Under the pieces are notes generated by a model, which did not search any database, was not told the DNA's origin, and worked only from the letters and a program-made list of their open reading frames with translations. The position numbers and the translations under genes were made by a program. This document shows positions 55,895-64,000 of a stretch of DNA of 64,000 bases, one piece after another. The DNA comes from Macrostomum lignano (taxonomy: Eukaryota): NCBI GenBank assembly GCA_002269645.1, contig NIVC01000441.1:248001-312000 (forward strand). The letters are read 5' to 3'. The number at the start of each line of letters is the position of its first letter. Position 1 is the first letter of the stretch.

Positions 55895-56975
55895 CTTCAT
55901 TGCCACGCCACAGTGCACCAATATGACATTCCCTACATTGCCACACCACAGTGCACCAATATGACATTCCCTACATTGCCACACCACAGTGCACCAATAT
56001 GACATTCCCTACATTGCCACACCACAGTGCACCAATATGACATTCCCTACATTGCCACACCACAGTGCACCAATATGACATTCCCTACATTGCCACACCA
56101 CAGTGCACCAATATGACATTCCCTACATTGCCACACCACAGTGCACCAATATGACATTCCCTACATTGCCACACCACAGTGCACCAATATGGCATTCCCT
56201 ACATTGCCACACCACAGTGCACCAATATGACATTCCCTACATTGCCACACCACAGTGCATCAATATGACATTCCCTACATTGCCACACCACAGTGCACCA
56301 ATATGACATTCCCTACATTGCCACACCACAGTGCACCAATATGGCATTCCCTACATTGCCACACCACAGTGCACCAATATGACATTCCCTACATTGCCAC
56401 ACCACAGTGCATCAATATGACATTCCCTACATTGCCACACCACAGTGCACCAATATGACATTCCCTACATTGCCACACCACAGTGCACCAATATGGCATT
56501 CCCTACATTGCCACACCACAGTGCACCAATATGACATTCCCTACATTGCCACACCACAGTGCATCAATATGACATTCCCTACATTGCCACACCACAGTGC
56601 ACCAATATGGCATTCCCTACATTGCCACACCACAGTGCACCAATATGACATTCCCTACATTGCCACACCACAGTGCATCAATATGACATTCCCTACATTG
56701 CCACACCACAGTGCACCAATATGACATTCCCTACATTGCCACACCACAGTGCATCAATATGACATTCCCTACATTGCCACACCACAGTGCACCAATATGA
56801 CATTCCCTACATTGCCACACCACAGTGCACCAATATGACATTCTCTACATTGCCACACCACAGTGCACCAATATGACATTCCCTACATTGCCACACCACA
56901 GTGCACCAATATGGCATTCCCTACATTGCCACACCACAGTGCATCAATATGACATTCTCTACATTGCCACATCAT
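55895..56975. repeat. Minisatellite, 38 bp, with local 4-unit (152 bp) higher-order period
   Basis: CCACACCACAGTGCACCAATATGACATTCCCTACATTG; matching ORFs start at 56103, 56255, 56407. Confidence 0.96.
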
Positions 56976-57609
56976 ATTTACAAATTTACATAATTTTATT
57001 GTTGCATTTCTAAAATCGAACCAAGTAACCATGATGACAAAAAATGGAAAACTAATTGCAACAAAAAGACCATGCAAAACTAAATATAAGCTAAAATAGC
57101 TATCAAAAATAGATGACTATGAACTACTATACAAAGTAGCTACTAGCAGTAGTTATAGTATATTTCTTACATTTCAAACCTACCAATACAACAGCAAAAG
57201 CAGAGATTAGCCACGCGCATGATATCAGTAAGAGATGATATAACATTGAGTTTTTAAGTTAAACGTGACAGAAAATGCTTTGAATGCGTGAGCAGAAACC
57301 AGTGATCGCTGAGGTGGGGCCGAATTTTTTTGAATTAATTTATGATTGTTTTAACCGGGAAAATGACGGCAACTTTAAGGCTACGAACAGTACTACCTGT
57401 GAAACTTCTATACTACTAATGCTAGTTAGTAAGTAGTAATATTAATAAATTATTTGCGAACATTATAGCTACTGCAACAAGTTCAGGAAAATAACGAATT
57501 AATGATTGATGATCAATTCTGTTGATATGCTCAAATTCTGCCAAATACAATAGGCAAACTAAATGGAATTCATCCTCAGTTGCACCAATTTCAAGGGACC
57601 GCCGATTCT

Positions 57610-58280
57610 CAGGCGTGGGTTGGAGACAACTCTCAGGGGTGGCTTGGAGGCGACCCCCAGGCATTGGTTGGAGGCGACCCTCAGGGTTGGGTTGGAGGGG
57701 ATTCTCAGGGGTGGGTTGGAGGGGATTCTCAGGGGTGGGTTGGAGGGGATTCTCAGGGGTGGGTTGGAGGGGATTCTCAGGGGTGGGTTGGAGGTGATTC
57801 TCAGGGGTAGGTTGGAGGTGATTCTCAGGGGTGGGTTGGAGGGGATTTTCAGGGGTGGGTTGGAGGGGATTCTCAGGGGTGGGTTGGAGGCGATTTTCAG
57901 GGGTGGGTTGGAGGGGATTCTCAGGGGTGGGTTGGAGGGGATTCTCAGGGGTGGGTTGGAGGGGATTCTCAGGGGTGGGTTGGAGGGGATTTTCAGGGGT
58001 GGGTTGGAGGGATTCTTAGGGGTGGGTTGGAGGGGATTCTCAGGGGTGGGTTGGAGGGGATTCTCAGGGGTGGGTTGGAGGGGATTCTCAGGGGTGGGTT
58101 GGAGGGGATTTTCAGGGGTGGGTTGGAGGGGATTCTCAGGGGTGGGTTGGAGGGATTTTCAGGGGTGGGTTGGAGGGGATTCTCAGGGGTGGGTTGGAGG
58201 GGATTCTCAGGGGTGGGTTGGAGGTGATTTTCAGGGGTGGGTTGGAGGGGATTCTCAGGGGTGGGTTGGAGGCGATTTCC
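57610..58280. repeat. G-rich minisatellite, 24 bp
   Basis: GGGGTGGGTTGGAGGGGATTCTCA. Confidence 0.95.
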
Positions 58281-58445
58281 AGGGCCGAGACACTACACCT
58301 CCTCATGAGCAATAAATTAAACACTGGCAGCAATTCGCCTGTGATCAGTAAATAAGCGGACCGCACAGGACTCTTTGCACAGCCTACTAATTCGGGTCAT
58401 AGCGACAAAGGCCCAGGCTAGAGTCTGTCTGTCCCTCCACAAAGA

Positions 58446-60052
58446 TCAGCGAGTGCTCAGCCAGTAGGCGGCCAACCCAGCAGCGATGAGAGCGGCGGTG
58501 CAGTGCAGCACCCGCCGTCTGGTTGTGTCGCGACGGCGCAGCACGGTGACACAGGGAGCGGACAGCTTCGCGTAGGGCAAGGTGTAGCGCAGCTGAGACA
58601 GGTCCCGCTCCACTTGGTACCTGGGCGAGTGGCGGGACTGGATTATACCTGATGATACAAAATATGGATAGATACGGACACAGTATGGTTAAAGATGGTG
58701 GAGAGGCAGGTTTAGATTGGGAAGAGACAAGGGTAGATAGGGAAGAGACAGGGTAGATAGGGAAGAGACAAGGGTAGATAGGGAAGAGACAGGGTAGATA
58801 GGGAAGAGACAGGGGTAGATAGGGGAAGACACAGGGTAGATAGGAAAGAGACAAGGGTAGATAGGGGAAGACACAGGGTAGATAGGGAAGAGACAGGGGT
58901 AGATAGGGGAAGACACAGGGTAGATAGGGAAGAGACAGGGGTAGATAGGGGAAGAGACAGGGGTAGATAGGGGAAGACACAGGGTAGATAGGGGAAGACA
59001 CAGGGTAGATAGGGAAGAGACAGGGGTAGATAGGGGAAGACACAGGGTAGATAGGGAAGAGACAGGGTAGATAGGGAAGAGACAAGGGTAGATAGGGAAG
59101 AGACAGGAGTAGATAGGGGAAGACACAGGGTAGATAGGGAAGAGACAGGGGTAGATAGGGAAGAGACAGGGGTAGATAGGGGAAGACACAGGGTAGATAG
59201 GGAAGACACAGGGTAGATAGGGAAGAGACAGGGGTAGATAGGGGAAGACACAGGGTAGATAGGGGAAGAGACAGGGGTAGATAGGGGAAGACACAGGGTA
59301 GATAGGGGAAGACACAGGGTAGATAGGGAAGAGACAGGGGTAGATAGGGAAGAGACAGGGGTAGATAGGGGAAGACACAGGGTAGATAGGGAAGAGACAG
59401 GGGTAGATAGGGGAAGACACAGGGTAGATAGGGAAGAGACAGGGGTAGATAGGGGAAGACACAGGGTAGATAGGGAAGAGACAGGGGTAGATAGGGGAAG
59501 AGACAGGGGTAGATAGGGAAGAGACAGGGGTAGATAGGGGAAGAGACAGGGGTAGATAGGGAAGAGACAGGGGTAGATAGGGGAAGACACAGGTCTAATT
59601 CAAGCGCAGTACAGCCAACCGCACCAGGACACTGGGTCGCAGGCCCAGAGAAGTTCGTAGGCGCCAGCGGAGGCGCAACTTGAAGCGGCAAAAGCGGCGC
59701 CGCAGCCCCAGGCGCCGAGGCCAGCGCAACAGGACGCGCCAAGAGCCGACAGCACGGCAGATTTGTGGAGGAAGTTGCCGCAGGCGATCCACCTGGCGGT
59801 GGTGCAGCCCAGCAGAGCCGGCTCCACAATGATGACCCCGACGCCCTCGATTGCAGCAGCGTCCAGTTTCGCTTCGAATTCCTCGTAGCTGGAATTGCTA
59901 AGGCCGCTACTTCCGTTGCCATGGCCACCGTTGCTATTGCCGTTGCCGTTCTCGCCATTCGACTCGGAGCCGCGCGACGACGGTGTTGGCGAGTCGCCGC
60001 GAATAACGGCGAATGTGTGAGCGGACGACATGCCTGCCCGCCTCCTCCACAT
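58446..60052 (-). CDS. TMEM11: Transmembrane protein 11, mitochondrial (PMI homolog), about 200 aa, 2 exons
   Basis: Exons 60052-59625 (TG|gtgcgg) and 58620-58446 (gcccag|G). Motifs FEAKLDAA..GVIIVEPALLGCTTARWIACGNFLHKSAVL, WACDPVSWYQVE and VLRRRDTTRRRVLH match the TMEM11 family as I recall it. Confidence 0.9.
58715..59592. repeat. Purine-rich minisatellite, 22-24 bp, filling the TMEM11 intron
   Basis: GGGTAGATAGGG(G)AAGA(GA)CA(G/C). Confidence 0.95.
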
Positions 60053-60119
60053 GAAGCACGGCGAGGAGCGTTGGCGGGGGCTAATGGGCTGCCTATGGAA
60101 ATTGCAACTTGCTACAGTC

Positions 60120-60290
60120 TACCGCGGCTTAGGGCAATCTACCAGTCTACACTTACAAACTACCGCGGCCTAGGGCGATCTACCAGCTTACACTTACAAA
60201 CTACCGCGGCCTAGGGCGATCTACCAGCTTACACTTACAAACTACCGCGGCTTAGGGCAATCTACCAGTCTACACTTACAAACTACCGCG
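60120..60290. repeat. Minisatellite, 41 bp x about 4, upstream of TMEM11
   Basis: TACCGCGGCCTAGGGCGATCTACCAGCTTACACTTACAAAC. Confidence 0.9.
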
Positions 60291-60624
60291 AATCGCTATA
60301 ATCTACAGCAGCTTGGTACAGTACAAGCTACGAGTACCCGATTTCACCTGCAAAATTTATATTATTCCAGCTGGCTACAACTGAACCAACAAAATACACC
60401 AATTGAGTGCGTTCGTAAGAGTGCCAATCAATCTAAAATCAATAATAAGATACTATAATTCACACATTATCAACTATTTAAAGTCAGAAAAGGAACAAAA
60501 ACTGCGACTGTATATTTTTAAAACTACTACAATCTGTATTTATCAAATCAGTAGTGTTGAAATCGCAAGATACGGTAAAACCGGGCTTAGATCGGTGAAA
60601 TAATAGTGAGACGGACACGGCAGA

Positions 60625-60737
60625 CGGACTGATAGACAGACAGACCGTCACACAGACAAACAGGCAGACAGACAGGCAGACAGACAGGCAGACAGACAGA
60701 CAGGCAGGCAGACAGACAGGCAGGCAGACAGACAGAC

Positions 60738-60768
<31 letters not shown>

Positions 60769-61020
60769 ACACAGACAGGCAGACAGTCACACAGACAGGC
60801 AGACAGTCACACAGACAGACAGGCAGACAGTCACACAGACAGGCAGACAGTCACACAGACAGACAGGCAGACAGACAGGCAGACACAGGCAGGCAGACAG
60901 GCAGACAGACAGGCAGGCAGACAGACAGACAGACAACAGACAGAGAGACAGTCACACAGACAGACAGACAGACAGACAGGCAGACAGACAGACAGACAGG
61001 CAGACACACAGACAGACACA
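60625..61020. repeat. Degenerate (CAGA)n tetranucleotide tract
   Basis: CAGA/CAGG/CACA units. Confidence 0.92.
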
Positions 61021-61469
61021 GCCAGTGAGGAAGCTGTGCTGGAAAATCAGACTAGACAGACCAAGCGCAGCGGGGCGCAAGCAGTTCTGTTATGTACACA
61101 GGAAAGACTGCGGGCTGCGAGACTCTCCGTGTGCCGCAACAAAACTAGCAGGCTGTGTGCGGGCCTCAGGCTTGGAGAAACGACAACAACAAACAAACAA
61201 AAATTGATAGAATATGAGTACAACGGACAAACAAAGAAATTACTGTCTAAAAGAGAGTCGGCTTACAGACAACCAGCTGGAGTAGCTATAATCAAGGCAT
61301 ATTGAGAATACATACATACCGGTAGCAGCATAGCAAAGCTAGGTAAGTTATATTTTGGCTGAGTTGAAATAGCAACGCACAACGCATTTTAGAGCCAATA
61401 AAAAGAGAAACATTCAATAACACAATTGCACAATGGACTTTCCGAGTTACAAAAACTCCAATCACTCTA

Positions 61470-63294
61470 CTACGGCAGTCGATAGAGCACGCCGGAGGTT
61501 GTATCGATGGCCCGGAGAGTGCCATCGCCAACCAGATCGTGCATCATGTACTCTAAAGGCGGAGACGACTGCGGCAGGCGGGTCTCCAGCTCCTGGAAAT
61601 GGGAGGCGGGTCTTTCATTAGGATTCGTTACACATGATCAGATTGGATAAAATTTACCGGCCCAGCCTGTTGAGGGTGGCCGCTCAGCAACTGAGGATCT
61701 GGGAGGATGGCTGGCCCAGCAACTGAGGATCTGGTAGGCTGGCCCAGCAGCTGAGGATCTGGGAGGCTGGCCCAGCAACTGAGGATCTGGGAGGCTGGCT
61801 CAGCAACTCAGCAACTGGCTAGCTGGTGCTATTGATCTGGGAGGCTGGCTCAGCAACTCAGCAACTGGCTGGCTGGTGCTATTGATCTGGGAGGCTGGCT
61901 CAGCAACTCAGCAACTGGCTGGCTGGTGCTATTGATCTGGGAGGCTGGCTCAGCAACTGAGGATCTGGGAGGCTGGCGGCCCGAGCAACATTTGGAGAGG
62001 TCTCAGCAAAACACTGCAGTTCGGCTCGTGTGATTTTGAAGACTTCAGCGAAGCCATGCAAATAAATCCTGTCAACCTACCGAGCGCAGCATCTCCTTGA
62101 ACTTGGTGCGGCGTACAGTCCGCAGAATCCTGACGCGCATCTTTCGGTAGACGCTGACAAAGCGGCCCATGTCAGGACAGGCCACCCAGTAGCAGCCGAA
62201 GTCGCGCACAGTGAGGAAGCCGGCCTGCACCAGATCGGAGATTTCCGTATCAGAGAAGGGCAGATTCGGGCCCAGGGTCACACTGAGGTCTGTGGTCTCA
62301 CGAAGCACCAGATTGAGGTACCTTCCTGGCAGTGGTTGGTGTATGCAATTAAATGATGCTTTGTACTCGTATTAAAGTATTCAACTTTCAAACCATGCCT
62401 CAAATGCTAATGCACCTGCTGAAAAACTGTCAGATGCTAATACACCTGTTTACACTGTGTCAGATGCCAATGCACCTGCTGATACAGTCTGTGTCAGATG
62501 CCAATGCACCTGCTGATACAGTCTGTGTCAGATGCCAATGCACCTGCTGATACAGTCTGTGTCAGATGCCAATGCACCTGCTGATACAGTCTGTGTCAGA
62601 TGCCAATGCACCTGCTGATACAGTCTGTGTCAGATGCCAATGCACCTGCTGATACAGTCTGTGTCAGATGCTAATGCACCTGCTGATACACTCTGTGTCA
62701 GATGCTAATGCACCTGCTGACACTCTCTGTGTCAGATGCTAATGCACCTGCTGACACTCTCTGTGTCAGATGCTAATGCACCTGCTGATACAGTCTGTGT
62801 CAGATGCTAATGCACCTGCTGACACTCTCTGTGTCAGATGCTAATGCACCTGCTGATACAGTCTGTGTCAGATGCTAATGCACCTGAAATACATAAAAGT
62901 ACACAGTGAACTGGCGCTCACTGAAGACCACATCTGGCAGGCGGCCTTGCCGAGTCCGGGCAAAAGCTTCGAATTCTTCAGACAGCATCAGAGCGAATCT
63001 TTCGTCAGTTTCGCCGCCAATTTTAAACATTCGCAGCCGGCCGGAGTCGCGCAGCTGCTGAAGCTCCTGATCGATGCAAGCCCGGCGCAGACAGAGGCTG
63101 TACAGCTGGTGCTTGAAGGCGATGCGGGGCAGAGCTGGCTTGAAGCTGTCAGCTGGGAACAGCGTCAGGAGGCGCTGGACGCTGGGCCAAACTTCGCCAT
63201 CCGAGTCCGATTCGTTGCCATCATTGGACTGGCGAGCCCGCTTGATGTGGCCTGGCAGCACCAGGTCCCGGATGATGATGCGCCGCTTCAGCAT
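61470..63294 (-). CDS. STK19: STK19 homolog (tandem winged-helix DNA-binding/TC-NER factor; not a true kinase), 246 aa, 3 exons
   Basis: Exons 63294-62922 (A|gtgagc), 62325-62081 (TCG|gtaggt), 61592-61470. Motifs LFPADSFKPALPRIAFKHQLYSL, EISDLVQAGFLTVRDFGCYWVACPDMGRF and YMMHDLVG..IDTTSGVLYRLP* match STK19 as I recall it. Confidence 0.9.
61685..61978. repeat. Compound minisatellite in STK19 intron 2
   Basis: CAGCAACTGAGGATCTGGGAGGCTGGC(C/T) and longer derivatives. Confidence 0.88.
62405..62885. repeat. Minisatellite, 34 bp, in STK19 intron 1
   Basis: TGTGTCAGATGC(C/T)AATGCACCTGCTGATACAGTC. Confidence 0.95.
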
Positions 63295-63832
63295 CCAGTG
63301 AAGCTCTATCTAATGCACACGCAACACATGTAGCTGCTGTTTGTCAGCCTGTAAATAATGCAAATAGTTTCAATATAAGGAATTGCATGGCTAAATTTTT
63401 ACAGACCAAATACTGTTTTGGGGAAATAACCTTTAGTGTAGGCATTTAGTCCTAGGAAAATGCCATCATTTATTTAATAGCAAAATTTAGTTTTTTTAAA
63501 CAACATGGTTATGCAACTCCATATACTAAAAATTTATTGACGATATTGACAAAGATTCATGGGTTTTATATCAAATAAGGCCCATGCTTATATTATAAGC
63601 CTATATCATTGTCTCTATTTGAATAATAATTCTAGCAGAAATTTGCCAAGGTGTCATTCCCAAAGCTGATGTATGAAGATTATATCAAAGGGTCTTAGAT
63701 TGACCAAGTAAGAGAAAGAGAGAGGAAAGTCTTATATATAATTTTTTTACTTCCTCTTTCTGAAGTCTAAAAAGCTCTTTTTGAAAGCTTTGAAGCTTTT
63801 TTGAAGTTTTTCTCAAAAAATCTTGTTGTAGC

Positions 63833-64000
63833 AAGCCTTGTTAAATGGTGCTAAAGTAGCCTACCATATGCTAAGGGCCATGTTGTAGCTATACTAATGG
63901 CTATATGACAAGCCTTGTTAAATGGTGCTAAAATAGCCTACCATTTGCTAAGGGCCATGTTGTAGCTATACTAATTGCTATATGACAAGCCTTGTTAAAT
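63833..64000. repeat. 77-bp tandem repeat running off the window end
   Basis: AAGCCTTGTTAAAT recurs at 63833, 63910, 63987. Confidence 0.9.

Noticed and set aside
62886-62921. 36-nt mini-intron using the strong acceptor TTTATGTATTTCAG in STK19 intron 1
   Set aside because: Using it leads into the minisatellite and an early stop, whereas the 62325 acceptor restores STK19 homology.
61470-63294. STK19 as a protein kinase
   Set aside because: It has no GxGxxG, HRD or DFG motifs; the family is now understood to be a winged-helix nucleic-acid-binding protein.

Overview
Eukaryotic (animal) genomic DNA. GC-rich exons, 66-130 nt short introns and very abundant unrelated minisatellites resemble a free-living flatworm such as Macrostomum; this taxon is an inference and was not verified. 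I assembled four intron-containing genes by hand, all on the minus strand, with consistent splice phases. In transcription order they are STK19 (63294-61470), TMEM11 (60052-58446), SERCA/ATP2A (54810-44289) and a conventional PKC (40493-8028). Main observations: (1) SERCA has two tandem 134-nt exons that appear mutually exclusive and encode the luminal L7-8 loop plus TM8. (2) The PKC has two alternative terminal exons; one is PKC-betaI-like and the other has Glu at the hydrophobic-motif phospho-site. (3) SERCA may have a SERCA2b-like read-through tail that contains an in-frame minisatellite expansion. (4) SERCA has two GC-AG introns. (5) Almost every long intron holds its own minisatellite close to a splice site, including a 5.2-kb 54-bp array that is open in three frames. 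Also present are a LINE endonuclease fragment, a CORE-like tRNA-SINE, a CTAG-ended inverted-repeat element family and a hAT remnant. Most long ORFs in the supplied track come from repeats or are antisense shadows of real exons.
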